Shown here piece after piece: positions 54,455-64,000 of a stretch of DNA of 64,000 bases. The position numbers and the translations under genes are program-made. Within the stretch, counting starts at the first letter, position 1. The number at the start of each line of letters is the position of its first letter. The notes below the pieces were generated by a model. It was not told the DNA's origin, did no database searches, and saw only the letters and a program-made list of their open reading frames with translations. The stretch comes from a virus. The stretch lies in IMG/VR virus record IMGVR_UViG_3300023084_000010, positions 1-64,000 of that record, one strand, 5' to 3'.

Positions 54455-55365
54455 AGCATTTGTAACTCGATTAGCGTAGCACTTAAATTAATTTCAACAT
54501 CAGCAACACTTACATGTTTAACTAATCCGTTACGAATAATAATAACTGCTTCGTCTTGTTTGTCTGCTGTATCTCCAAATAATTCAATATTATCATACAA
54601 CCAACGATAGATTTCTTCGTACTCACCAGGAGGCGCATTTACTGTAATAAGTTTACGAGCTTCTTTGATATTACCACTTTTAAATAGTTCGACCATTTTA
54701 ATACGCCAAGAAGTATCAGTCTGATCTGCTTCAAATTTTACTAATTCATTGTTTACTGTTGCAGCTTGTAAGTTATTAATAGTCTTGCGCATATCTGGAT
54801 ATGTTGCTTTTACATATGTATCAAGTAAGTCTAAATCAAATTTTACACCTTCTGTAATTAAAATTTCAGCACATCGAGCAGTAAATTCAACAGGATCTTG
54901 TTGTTGTATTTGTATAATCTGAGTTCTACTTTGTAGTGCAGGAATAATTTTATTTGGATAGTTACAAGTTAAAATAAAACGCACACTGGAATGGTATTGT
55001 TCCATAACTCCACGTAGTGCTGCTTGTGCATCCGGAGACAAATAATCCGCCTCGTCGAGTAAAATGATTTTAAACTCTCCCCACGGCATTGTTTCACTAA
55101 AATTAGTAATTTTATTACGTACCCAATGAATACCGTTATCACGACTTGCGTTAATAAACAATACGTCAGCATCCTGTACATCTAGTTCGTTAATCAAAAT
55201 CCTTGCTAGTGTAGTTTTACCTGTGCCTGCACTACCTGCAAATAGCAAATGCGGAATACTTTTATCAGCAATCCAGTTTTCAACTTGTCGTCTGTGCGAC
55301 TGGTTTTTAAATACGTATCCGTCTACTTTTTTAGGACGATACTTTTCTACCCAGATGTCTTTCAT
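54451..55365 (-). CDS. clamp loader ATPase subunit (gp44/RFC-like)
   Basis: WVEKYRP, G.AGTGKT, INAS, LDEAD, TCN and LQSR motifs. Confidence 0.95.
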   Translation of the reverse strand: MKDIWVEKYRPKKVDGYVFKNQSHRRQVENWIADKSIPHLLFAGSAGTGKTTLARILINELDVQDADVLFINASRDNGIHWVRNKITNFSETMPWGEFKIILLDEADYLSPDAQAALRGVMEQYHSSVRFILTCNYPNKIIPALQSRTQIIQIQQQDPVEFTARCAEILITEGVKFDLDLLDTYVKATYPDMRKTINNLQAATVNNELVKFEADQTDTSWRIKMVELFKSGNIKEARKLITVNAPPGEYEEIYRWLYDNIELFGDTADKQDEAVIIIRNGLVKHVSVADVEINLSATLIELQML

Positions 55366-55505
55366 TTATATATGCCTTCAATTGTATAATGTTTACTATT
55401 ATATACTGCCCAAAAGAAACAGTCAAGACGTTTATAGCCTTGACTGCGTAGTTTTTTATACCATGCTACGTAATTTTCTAGTCTAGATAATATCCGCTGT
55501 ATCAC
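55362..55505 (-). CDS. small hypothetical protein
   Basis: Probable GTG start at 55505; ATGA-coupled to clamp loader. Confidence 0.5.
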   Translation of the reverse strand: MIQRILSRLENYVAWYKKLRSQGYKRLDCFFWAVYNSKHYTIEGIYK

Positions 55506-55806
55506 CTTGATATACACCCATGATTTCTTTTGCTTCAATTCCGTAAAGTTTTTTACCTTCTGGGTGATCAATGTCAAATCCACGTGTCCAGCGTCCGTGT
55601 GGTACAGCAACAATGTCACCTTTTTTAACATCACTTGCTACTTCTGAACGTTCGCCTACATCATGGATTTCAAAGAAACGTGTTTTAATTCCACGTTCGT
55701 TTGCATCGTCGTCTAAAATAATAAGTCCGCTTTTAGTTGTAGTTTCACCTGGCGGATTAACAAAAAATCCTAGTACGCTAGTTGCTGTTGCTCTAACTTG
55801 TCTCAT
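55483..55806 (-). CDS. GroES-like co-chaperonin
   Basis: TTKSGLII mobile loop, VG and VKKGD.V pattern. Confidence 0.8.
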   Translation of the reverse strand: MRQVRATATSVLGFFVNPPGETTTKSGLIILDDDANERGIKTRFFEIHDVGERSEVASDVKKGDIVAVPHGRWTRGFDIDHPEGKKLYGIEAKEIMGVYQGDTADII

Positions 55807-56211
55807 TTATTCCTCATTATTGCTAAGTTCGATAGTTTCCATACTACCATCATCATATTCAATCTCCATATACTGAGATCCATCTTCTCTAGTTTTTGTA
55901 ATTTTACTAATTGCTTCTGGCTCTGCAGGAGGATCAAATTCTTCCATAATAGCCTGTTCTTCTTGTGGCTCTAATTTAGTTTGTGTAATTGGTTTTGGAT
56001 CACTGATAGCAGTTTGCTGCGGAGGCGTTTTTGTATTTTGTGACATACGTGCAATGTCTTCTGCACTATACTTTACACTGCCGTCTGGATTTAGTCTGTC
56101 TCCACGTGCATTCATTAGCACATTACCAACAGCTCTTACTTTTTCATTTCTAGCACTAAGTGCAGCCATGTCTATCATTTGACCACGAGCTGTTTTAATA
56201 CGTCTGCTCAT
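55807..56211 (-). CDS. hypothetical phage protein
   Basis: TARG..IDM..L...NE...AVGN...NARGD motif. Confidence 0.75.
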   Translation of the reverse strand: MSRRIKTARGQMIDMAALSARNEKVRAVGNVLMNARGDRLNPDGSVKYSAEDIARMSQNTKTPPQQTAISDPKPITQTKLEPQEEQAIMEEFDPPAEPEAISKITKTREDGSQYMEIEYDDGSMETIELSNNEE

Positions 56212-56711
56212 CTAAAGAATTCCTTATAATCTAAATCATATTTAATACTATTAATTTTGTGTACACCTATCAAATATAATATATAACTTGCAACAGAACT
56301 TCCTCGTCCAACACCCCATACAATTCCATCTTGACGTAGTGTGTGTACAAGATAGTTTAAAAATTTAAGTACAGGAACCATGTCACGTTCTTTGTAAAGT
56401 TGTAACTCCTGTTCTACTCTTTGTTTTTCCTCGGGTGTAGTTGCCAAACTTAATACGTGTGTTTCAATATCAAATTGTTGGAACTCGTCTGGCATAAACC
56501 AATTTTGCTCTATTGCTTTATTATACTTATCTGTTTCGTCATCTGGTGTTTCAACATCAATAGTATCATTGAATAAAAATAAACTGCACAGATGATTATA
56601 TTTGTCTATTGTTACTGTATCTTTCATTGTCACCGTATGTGGATTTATATCTGATAGCATCATTTCTACCAAATCATTTTCTGTAACGATTATTTCATTA
56701 CTGTTATTCAA
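56208..56711 (-). CDS. truncated DNA polymerase III alpha (DnaE) fragment protein
   Basis: R...EL, G.GRGSSVAS..LYLIG...I..IKYDL; ends before the catalytic PDIDxD. Confidence 0.8.
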   Translation of the reverse strand: MNNSNEIIVTENDLVEMMLSDINPHTVTMKDTVTIDKYNHLCSLFLFNDTIDVETPDDETDKYNKAIEQNWFMPDEFQQFDIETHVLSLATTPEEKQRVEQELQLYKERDMVPVLKFLNYLVHTLRQDGIVWGVGRGSSVASYILYLIGVHKINSIKYDLDYKEFFR

Positions 56712-56714
56712 TTA

Positions 56715-56969
56715 TTAACTGCCTATATCTAAAGACACACCATCGCCGTCGTCTTTGTCTTCTTCTATTGCTTGCTTTCTAGCTTCTTCTAATTTTTCTA
56801 TTTCTGATTTAGTACGTATTTCGGTATTTAAAAAGTCAATCATAGTTTGTATTTGTTCTATAATTTGAGGACTCATTCCAGCACTAGTTGCTTGTCCTAG
56901 TTTTTGTTTAAACTCTAATTGCTTGTGCAGCATTTGTTCAACTGTTAAATTTTCAAGACTTGGAAACAT
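56715..56969 (-). CDS. small hypothetical protein
   Basis: 84-aa helical ORF. Confidence 0.65.
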   Translation of the reverse strand: MFPSLENLTVEQMLHKQLEFKQKLGQATSAGMSPQIIEQIQTMIDFLNTEIRTKSEIEKLEEARKQAIEEDKDDGDGVSLDIGS

Positions 56970-56970
56970 A

Positions 56971-57726
56971 CTATTCCTTTCTTATATCATTGTTATAACG
57001 TCTAACTTCTTCGAGTATAGACAAATCTGTATTATACTTATCTGCGGTTTCGATAATTGCACTTATGTCTTTAGGAAAACAATGGCCACCATATCCACGT
57101 TCTTTTGAAACTCGAATGTGACTGTACCCAATGCGTTCATCTGCTCCAACTACATCTGCTACTGCAGTAAAGTCAACTTCTGCTGACTCGCATAAGTCAT
57201 ATACTTGATTAAAAAATGCAACTTTAGAAGCAAGAAAACTATTACGAAAATACTTAGCAAGTATTAATACTTCAGGATCTTGTATTTGTGTAGTAAATGT
57301 ACTGTCATTAAATGCAAGACGGAACACAGTATGCCAAAACAATTCTTCTTTGCCACCTACATAAATTACTCTACTGTTTTTAAAATCTTCTATGGCTGTT
57401 GCAGCACGTAAAAATTCAGGACTAAATGCTAGTTTGTGATTAGGAAACATAAAATTAAGTCTGCGCCATCCGTCTAAACTAATTGTACTTTTAATAAGAA
57501 TAGGAACTTCTTCGTCTAAGTAACTAACAGTGTCGATAACATTTTCTATGTTACAACTACCATCTTCTGCTGGAGGTGTACTTACACATATAATAGCACA
57601 GTCTGGCTTTTTCCAAAAATCATTATATCCTAGCGCAGGATCGTATATGTGTGTATGGTGTTTTTCTTTAAGAACTGCTTCATGTGCACGACCTACAAAA
57701 CCAAAACCTGCAATTAAAATATCCAT
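56971..57726 (-). CDS. UDP-glucose/GDP-mannose 6-dehydrogenase family protein
   Basis: GFGFVG, CVSTP, IKST, SPEFL, K...N.FLA.K..F.N and GYGGHCFPKD; lacks C-terminal UDP-binding domain. Confidence 0.88.
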   Translation of the reverse strand: MDILIAGFGFVGRAHEAVLKEKHHTHIYDPALGYNDFWKKPDCAIICVSTPPAEDGSCNIENVIDTVSYLDEEVPILIKSTISLDGWRRLNFMFPNHKLAFSPEFLRAATAIEDFKNSRVIYVGGKEELFWHTVFRLAFNDSTFTTQIQDPEVLILAKYFRNSFLASKVAFFNQVYDLCESAEVDFTAVADVVGADERIGYSHIRVSKERGYGGHCFPKDISAIIETADKYNTDLSILEEVRRYNNDIRKE

Positions 57727-57747
57727 ACTTACTCCTATGTTTCTACT

Positions 57748-57782
57748 AATATACACAGTTTTTATTTAAATGTCAATAAATA
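57748..57782. promoter_or_regulatory. abutting early (-) and late (+) promoters
   Basis: TTGACA-N17-TATATT on - (57748-57776); TAAATA on + (57777-57782). Confidence 0.7.
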
Positions 57783-57800
57783 ATTTTGAGGAGAATGACA

Positions 57801-58583
57801 ATGATTTCAGACATGAATTTTAGACAACGGAGTCTTCTGTTTGCTAAACTTGCGAGTATAGCATACAGTGACGATACTAAACAAGTCAAAAAAGATGCAA
57901 AAGCATTAGGCTTTACAGAAATAGAATTTTATAATAACGGCGGAGCACAAGCATATCGTTTCCAAAACAAAACAGATATTGTAATTGCTTGTCGTGGAAC
58001 ACAACCCAGCGAGTTTAATGACATTAAAGCAGACTTAAAAGCTGCACCAGTTATGGCAGAAACAGTAGGTCGTGTTCACAGAGGTTTCAAAACAGAAGTA
58101 GACGAACTTTGGCCAATGGTACTAGAAGATTTACGTGAGTGTGGTAAAACACGCAAAGCATGGTTCTGCGGACATTCACTAGGTGCTGCTATGACAACTA
58201 TTATGGCTAGCCGTTGTGAAGACGATCCTGCAATGCCAAACATTGAAGAAGTGTATACATATGGTTCACCACGAGTAGGTTGGCGTAAGTTTGTAAACAG
58301 TTTAAATTGCAAACATCATCGCTGGGTAAACAACAACGATATTGTTACACGTGTACCTTTTGCTATCATGGGTTATAAACATGATGGTTGTGAACATTAT
58401 ATGAATGCATATGGTAATGTACGTAAACTAACAACAATACAACGTATTAAGGATCGTTGGCGTGGCATGTGGATGGGTTTAAAGAAAGGCAGCATCGACA
58501 ACTTTAGTGACCATAGTATGGTAAACTATATTGCTAACTTAGAACGCTATGTTGACGAAATGGAAGTAGTGCAGCCGGTGTGA
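57801..58583 (+). CDS. class 3 lipase
   Basis: RGT, VHRGF, GHSLG, TYGSPRVG, DIV.RVP and DH motifs. Confidence 0.9.
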   Translation: MISDMNFRQRSLLFAKLASIAYSDDTKQVKKDAKALGFTEIEFYNNGGAQAYRFQNKTDIVIACRGTQPSEFNDIKADLKAAPVMAETVGRVHRGFKTEVDELWPMVLEDLRECGKTRKAWFCGHSLGAAMTTIMASRCEDDPAMPNIEEVYTYGSPRVGWRKFVNSLNCKHHRWVNNNDIVTRVPFAIMGYKHDGCEHYMNAYGNVRKLTTIQRIKDRWRGMWMGLKKGSIDNFSDHSMVNYIANLERYVDEMEVVQPV

Positions 58584-58804
58584 AATACTTTTTAGTGGTA
58601 ATGTTTCTAATGCAAGACGGAACATGGAAGCCTGGAGACATTATCGCACCAGATGGATGGAGTAGTACACAACATTCAACACTAAAAAAATGTGAATATC
58701 GACGAGATAGTTTAAACAATTACTTAATATCAATCGAATTAAATGAAAGGGTCGTAGCCAGATGTGTAAACTACGACCCTAGCATACCTTCTACAGGTAT
58801 TTAA
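58580..58804 (+). CDS. small exported protein with Cys pair
   Basis: GTGA coupling to lipase; MKYFLVVMFL, two Cys. Confidence 0.6.
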   Translation: MKYFLVVMFLMQDGTWKPGDIIAPDGWSSTQHSTLKKCEYRRDSLNNYLISIELNERVVARCVNYDPSIPSTGI

Positions 58805-59772
58805 AGTCCGTTTGGAAGAATAATATAATGTATAGCAAGTACTAGTGCAACACTAGCACCTAGTCCTACCATCATCTTACCAAAGTCCTTTGCTACTAGT
58901 GGGAACACACTCTTTGTTTTCTTCTTGCCAAAGTATGTTGCCATTGCTAGTTCTCGTCCTGCAAGTAAACCTACAAACACCCAAGTTGTTGACATTGGGA
59001 TGTCGTTCAGTTCTTTAAAGAAGTACAAGCACAACCAATAGAACAAGTCAATCAGTGTTGCACTGCGCACATATCTAGTGTTGTGTTTTTCCAATACAAT
59101 CTGTTGTATCTTGCCGCCACGCTCTCTAAACATAAAGAACAAGCCAGCAACAAATACTATGCTGACAAACACCATTAGGTCTAGTGGCACTTGTCTTGGA
59201 AGGAATACTGCGATGTTTGCTACATCATGTGACAACCAAGTGAACCAAAGTCCTCCTGTTGCAACCCATTGTGCTACCCGCCAAAACTTTTTGTTGCCTT
59301 CGCTTACCGGCTGAGTTTCATCATACCATTTACCAAAGAACTTGTGTATTGCAAACCATACTGCATATGCAAATGCGGCTGCAACACCATAACCCATAAT
59401 GCTTTTCATCAGCATCTTTTCTAGTACAAAGGTACTAGCAAACACTGACAGCACTAGGAAACTTGTGCTAACTGGCACACCTATTCGTGTCAGTGCAACA
59501 AGAATGGCCGGTGCGGCTGCGTGATACCATTGCACTTCTTGGAATGGTATTTTATTTAAGCGACCATAACTGATGTCGCCTCCGTTCATATACCACCCAT
59601 ACCAGAGTGTATATAATAAAACAGCCGAAGCGGCTGCCCATAATACTTTATAGTTAAATCGCTCATTGTTTGATGCCATCCAAGTACCGAGCGTTTGTAC
59701 TGAATCGTTTGCTATAACTGCATAGGCAGCAAGCAAGAAGCCAACAAGGCTCCATAGAGTGAGTAGTTCCAT
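58801..59772 (-). CDS. PiT/PHO4-like anion (phosphate) transporter
   Basis: Multi-TM; IANDSVQ, SHDVAN, PVSTS and PMSTT inverted-repeat motifs; start MELLT after AAGGAG. Confidence 0.7.
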   Translation of the reverse strand: MELLTLWSLVGFLLAAYAVIANDSVQTLGTWMASNNERFNYKVLWAAASAVLLYTLWYGWYMNGGDISYGRLNKIPFQEVQWYHAAAPAILVALTRIGVPVSTSFLVLSVFASTFVLEKMLMKSIMGYGVAAAFAYAVWFAIHKFFGKWYDETQPVSEGNKKFWRVAQWVATGGLWFTWLSHDVANIAVFLPRQVPLDLMVFVSIVFVAGLFFMFRERGGKIQQIVLEKHNTRYVRSATLIDLFYWLCLYFFKELNDIPMSTTWVFVGLLAGRELAMATYFGKKKTKSVFPLVAKDFGKMMVGLGASVALVLAIHYIILPNGL

Positions 59773-59951
59773 ATTTTCTCCTTTGTTTGACGGCTTTACC
59801 CCGTCGCTCACAATAGTAGTATTACTACACGACTACTTAGCAATAGTCAAGTATAGGTTTTGTAACAGTTTTGTAAAAAGATTCCGCAAGATATCCTGGC
59901 AAAAATTGCAATAAAAACCGATAAATATGTTATATAAGGAGTATTTTTAAA

Positions 59952-62900
59952 ATGCCTAGCCCTAAGGTGCATCCTAATCTCCAGGCCGGTGGAGATTTAG
60001 GTGAAACACTTTACAAAGTTGGTTCCGCACGCCGTCCTACAGCAGAACCAGACAACTTCGTTGGCGAAGTTGGCGACTTATTTTACAGTATGCGAGATAC
60101 AAAACTGCGTATCTCAGATGGATACACTGTGGGCGGTTGGTATATTATTCCCGACTTCGAAGCCGTAGATACTGATATTATTCCAGGTGATGGAGTGACA
60201 ATTAATATCGGTGGTCCTACTAACTACTTTGGCGACTTGTATGTTGACAATATTTTTGCAGGTGATTTAGTATTAGGTGGCGACTTAATTGTACAAGGTG
60301 ATCAGGTTGTAAACAACTATGTTACTAATCAATTGTTTACAATTAACGAAGGATCAACTGGCGGTGGCGACGGTGCTGGTATTGAAATTTACTTAACAGA
60401 AAATAACTATGCTACAATTACATACGATTTAAGTTCAGATACTTTTGTATTCAACAAAAACATCACAGTCAATACAGTATACGGAGATCAAGTCGGCGAT
60501 ATCTATGCAGATGATGGTACAAGTCAAGTACTTGAAAACGGAACAGATGGAACAGACGCTTGGTTTAAAGGTTATGTTTATGGACAAGTAAGTGACATTA
60601 GTAATCACAGACTAGGTGAATTATTAGATGTAAATGTTCCTGATGTACAAGACGGGCAAGCATTAGTTTATGATGAAGATCTAGACAGATGGGTACCAGG
60701 CAATCCTACAGCAGAAGTAGATTATAATCAGCCTGGTAATTATGCATTTAAAACAATTTTAGTAGACGGACAAAATAATGTCGTAGCAGATAGTAATGTT
60801 GATCAGCTTAGACTTATTGCTGGTAACAATATCACTATTACAACTGATGCTGCAACAGATGCAATTACTATTAGTAGCACAGGTGGCGGTGGCTCAGCTG
60901 ATTATGTAAATGATTTGCTAGACACAGATACAACTGGCATTCAAGACGGACAAGTGCTTGCCTATGATGCTGCAAACGAAGAATACGTTCCTGCTACTGT
61001 ACTTACTACCGATAACTTTGATACACTGTTTGGTGCAAAAAGCATAGACGATTTAAGTGATGTTGATATTAGTACTGATCCAATTGAAGATGGAGAATTC
61101 TTAGCGTGGGATTCTGCTAGTGGACAGTTTGTTCCATCACAAGGTAATGTTACACTAATTTATAGAAACTTAATTGGTATTACTAAAATTGGTGAATTAG
61201 AAGATGTTGATGATACAGGTGTTGCTAACGGACAAATGCTTGTATGGGATAGTGCATTAGAAACTTATATACCTAGTACACCATTTACAACATCTGACTT
61301 TAATTCTTTATTTGGTGCTAAAAGTATTGACGATTTGGTAGATGCTGATATTACTACTAATCCAATTCAAGACGGAGAAGTGTTAACCTGGGATGCAGCA
61401 AATGGAGAATTTGTACCCGGACAAGGGTTTAACCAAACTAATTATAATTTATATTTTGAAACAAGTAGTATTGGCGATTTAGTTGACATCGACATTAACA
61501 ACATTATCGAAGGGCAAACAATCGTTTGGGACAGTGTTACAAATCAGTTTATCACAGTGAACAATATTGACAGACTGTTAGACTTATTAGATGTTAATGC
61601 AGATAATATCTCAGACGGGCAAGTAATTGTATGGGATAATGCTAATAGTGAATTTGTTCCTGCTAATGTTGCTAGTCTTATTTCACAATCAGAATTTAAT
61701 ACACTATTAGGTGCAAGCACACTAAGTGGATTAGATGATGTTGATACAACAACAACCACACCAAGTGACGGACAAATACTTGTATGGAATGGTACTAATC
61801 AATCTTGGGAGCCGGGCGATTTATCAAGTGGCGGTGGTGGGTCAACTACGCTTGCTGGCTTGGTTGATACTGATACTACTGGATTACAAGATGGCGATGC
61901 ATTAGTTTATGACAGTTCGACAGGAGATTGGAAACCTGTTCCAATTGTAACTAACGGAATTAAATATACATATGATCCGAATACAGGAAAGTATGTAGGC
62001 GATACGTTAATATTTGAAGGTAATGATATTCCTATTAGAAGTATTGAATATGACAACGAAGAAATTATTGTTAATCCGGCATCATTTACGCCTATTGTTA
62101 GTTCAAGTGGACAAAGTTTATTATGGGATCAAGCAGCATCACAATTTACAGTAAGTGTTGATAACCCTGCAGATTTCCCTTCAAGTTATATTGCTTCTGT
62201 AGACAGCATTTCAAATGCAACAGGTGTATACACTACACTAGCAGACTATACAACAACAGGTCCGAGTACAACACCAGCAGGTGGAGTAGATTGGACACAA
62301 ACATTTGAAACAAATTCAACAGCAACAATTTTATCAAACGGAACAGGTACAACAGGCGGTTCAGCAAGTGCTACAGTGACATTTGCAGATGATACAAGTG
62401 CTGCCTGGAGTGAAACACAACCGATTTATTTTAATTGGGGTAATGTCGGTGCAAGTATTACTGCTACTATTCCAAATGGACAAACATTCTTAGGAAGTTA
62501 TAGTACAGTTAATTATACAGTCAACGTAACTGGATTAAGTGATCCAAACAATGCAACCACAACACTTACACCAACAAACGGCACACTTTCAAATGCAAGT
62601 GGATCTGGTGTATTTACTCCGAGCAGTGCACTAATTGCTGGTACAGTTAATGGCGGTTCAATTGATTTAAGTACAACATTTACAAGACCTGTAGATGTAA
62701 CAGGAACAAGTTATACAGTTACAGTTACAGATACAGTAACTATACCTGCTGGCAATTTCTCTTATCCTAGTTTTTACTTATGGACAACAAGTAAGTATGT
62801 TGTACCTGTAGCAAGTGATATTGTAGATGGTACAGGATTTAAAACAGGTGTTACTGAATTAGGTGACGAAGCATATACAATCGACACATATATCAATAAT

Positions 62901-63128
62901 AGTGCAAGTGTTGCAAGAGCGTTTTGGTTAGGTATTAGATCAAGTGCTACACAGCCAACTACATTTAAAACAGGCTATGATCCAACACTATTAAGTGATG
63001 TTGATGTTGAAACAGGAAATACAGTAGATTTAGAACCTACAAATCCACCGACAGGATATGTAGCAGAAGAATATACATTATATGGTATTACACTACAACC
63101 TGGTAATACTTATGTGAGGATTAATTAA
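59952..63128 (+). CDS. long tail fibre/receptor-binding protein
   Basis: N-terminal G..G.LFY...LRISDG.T.GG; nine (L/I/V)xxLxD..(D/N/E)GxxLx(W/Y) repeats; Thr/Ser-rich beta C-terminus; late promoter 59922-59927. Confidence 0.85.
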   Translation: MPSPKVHPNLQAGGDLGETLYKVGSARRPTAEPDNFVGEVGDLFYSMRDTKLRISDGYTVGGWYIIPDFEAVDTDIIPGDGVTINIGGPTNYFGDLYVDNIFAGDLVLGGDLIVQGDQVVNNYVTNQLFTINEGSTGGGDGAGIEIYLTENNYATITYDLSSDTFVFNKNITVNTVYGDQVGDIYADDGTSQVLENGTDGTDAWFKGYVYGQVSDISNHRLGELLDVNVPDVQDGQALVYDEDLDRWVPGNPTAEVDYNQPGNYAFKTILVDGQNNVVADSNVDQLRLIAGNNITITTDAATDAITISSTGGGGSADYVNDLLDTDTTGIQDGQVLAYDAANEEYVPATVLTTDNFDTLFGAKSIDDLSDVDISTDPIEDGEFLAWDSASGQFVPSQGNVTLIYRNLIGITKIGELEDVDDTGVANGQMLVWDSALETYIPSTPFTTSDFNSLFGAKSIDDLVDADITTNPIQDGEVLTWDAANGEFVPGQGFNQTNYNLYFETSSIGDLVDIDINNIIEGQTIVWDSVTNQFITVNNIDRLLDLLDVNADNISDGQVIVWDNANSEFVPANVASLISQSEFNTLLGASTLSGLDDVDTTTTTPSDGQILVWNGTNQSWEPGDLSSGGGGSTTLAGLVDTDTTGLQDGDALVYDSSTGDWKPVPIVTNGIKYTYDPNTGKYVGDTLIFEGNDIPIRSIEYDNEEIIVNPASFTPIVSSSGQSLLWDQAASQFTVSVDNPADFPSSYIASVDSISNATGVYTTLADYTTTGPSTTPAGGVDWTQTFETNSTATILSNGTGTTGGSASATVTFADDTSAAWSETQPIYFNWGNVGASITATIPNGQTFLGSYSTVNYTVNVTGLSDPNNATTTLTPTNGTLSNASGSGVFTPSSALIAGTVNGGSIDLSTTFTRPVDVTGTSYTVTVTDTVTIPAGNFSYPSFYLWTTSKYVVPVASDIVDGTGFKTGVTELGDEAYTIDTYINNSASVARAFWLGIRSSATQPTTFKTGYDPTLLSDVDVETGNTVDLEPTNPPTGYVAEEYTLYGITLQPGNTYVRIN

Positions 63129-63778
63129 TGGCAGTTAACTATGATGGTTTAACCAGAAACAGATGGCCCGGTACGTGGTCTCCTGGCGGAGATCATCCAA
63201 TTGTACTAAACTCTGAAATGCGTGGAGGTATACATTTTGTCGAAGGAGGTACCGTCGAAGAGTTAACAGACATTAAAGGACAGCGATTAATCGAAGGTAT
63301 GATTGCTTATGTCAAAACTTCTTACACAGGTGTCGATGGCGATACATTTTACATTTACAAATCACAATCTGGCGAATCGAGAGATCAAGCAACAGGTGCA
63401 CTTCCTAACAATGCAGCTAATTGGACAAAGTTATCATATGAATTTGATGAGTATGAACAATTAACAGTTGACAACTTATACTTAGATGGTAATACTATAT
63501 CAACTACAAATACAGATGGAGATTTAATATTATCTCCAAATGGCGATGGTACAATTATTGTTCCTACTGGATATATGAATCGTACTGGTATTACAGGCGA
63601 TAGTCTTGTTACGAAAGAATATGTAGATAATTTAACATATGTAGGTGATGCTACTGCTATTTCTACACCTGTTGGTATTACAAATACTGATAAAGGTATT
63701 GCAGCATTTGACAGTGATCAATTCGCAGTAACAGATGGCTGGGCTACAATCACTGAATTAGACGGTGGATCATACTAA
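63128..63778 (+). CDS. tail fibre/baseplate-associated protein
   Basis: VDNL.LDGNTIS..N..GDL.L.PNG.G and TKEYVD motifs, C-terminal DGGSY. Confidence 0.8.
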   Translation: MAVNYDGLTRNRWPGTWSPGGDHPIVLNSEMRGGIHFVEGGTVEELTDIKGQRLIEGMIAYVKTSYTGVDGDTFYIYKSQSGESRDQATGALPNNAANWTKLSYEFDEYEQLTVDNLYLDGNTISTTNTDGDLILSPNGDGTIIVPTGYMNRTGITGDSLVTKEYVDNLTYVGDATAISTPVGITNTDKGIAAFDSDQFAVTDGWATITELDGGSY

Positions 63779-63815
63779 TAAACGCAACATATAGTTAAAA
63801 AAGCATTGTATAAAC

Positions 63816-63849
63816 AAAAAGTCCTACTGCATTTAGTAGGACTTTTTTT
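63816..63849. terminator. bidirectional intrinsic terminator
   Basis: AAAAA-GTCCTACT-gcattt-AGTAGGAC-TTTTTTT between convergent genes. Confidence 0.9.
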
Positions 63850-63871
63850 ATAACCATATTGTATACTAATA

Positions 63872-64000
63872 TTACTTGTCTATTAGTATCCAACCACGTG
63901 TTGAATTATAATATACTAATCCAAAACCTGCGCCGTTTGCATCAACAATTAAGTCACTGCTTGAACCGTTGATATTATCGCTTGATGTAATTGTAATGTT
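63872..64000 (-). CDS. C-terminus of probable tail-fibre-type protein (partial)
   Basis: ...INGSSSDLIVDANGAGFGLVYYNSTRGWILIDK*. Confidence 0.7.
   Translation of the reverse strand, partial: NITITSSDNINGSSSDLIVDANGAGFGLVYYNSTRGWILIDK

Noticed and set aside
1316-59314. Numerous short opposite-strand ORFs in the track (e.g. 1316-1576, 40446-41027, 59078-59314)
   Set aside because: They lie antisense within well-supported genes, with no RBS or family motifs seen.
59952-63128. Diversity-generating retroelement target suggested by the Mtd-like N-terminus
   Set aside because: No reverse transcriptase and no template/variable repeat pair seen in the window.
1-64000. Stop-codon reassignment, tRNA genes, integrase, transposase or reverse transcriptase
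   Set aside because: Genes tile tightly under the standard code with TAA, TGA and TAG all used as stops. No cloverleaf or such enzyme motifs were recognised by eye; tRNAscan was not run.

Overview
A 64-kb, AT-rich, densely coding segment of a large lytic T4-like tailed phage. A marine alphaproteobacterial host is plausible but is inference. Most genes are on the minus strand. From left to right: (i) 0.2-21.5 kb, one long translationally coupled replication operon (dsDNA-binding protein, PolB, Smr, sliding clamp, RNase H-like nuclease). It contains an unusual 7-deazaguanine DNA-modification cluster: DpdA/TGT-like transglycosylase, FolE, QueE, an LxxxHRHxF QueD-like/DpdL-like protein, YhhQ, a PRTase and MetK, interleaved with a GT-B glycosyltransferase, a TagD-like cytidylyltransferase and two sugar/polyol oxidoreductases. 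No QueC or canonical QueD is visible. (ii) 21.5-24 kb, GH19 endolysin, holin-like genes, an ATP-grasp protein and an unannotated metallothionein-like peptide. (iii) 24-35 kb, an array of probable capsid-internal (injected) proteins sharing MK(L/F/I)xE(F/I/L) leaders and Glu cleavage-like junctions, carrying SLT, permuted LysM and LPD23/zincin cargo. (iv) 35-47 kb, UvdE, RyR, ClpA, DnaJ, spanins, IF-1 and PhoH. (v) 47-54 kb, small early genes behind repeated TTGACA-N17-TATATT promoter cassettes, plus a ParB/DGQHR-like and HNH pair. (vi) 54-64 kb, clamp loader, GroES, a truncated DnaE fragment, UDP-glucose dehydrogenase, lipase, PiT-like transporter and tail fibres. No tRNA, rRNA, CRISPR, integrase or transposase was recognised. 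All family calls come from motif recognition by eye, with no database search.
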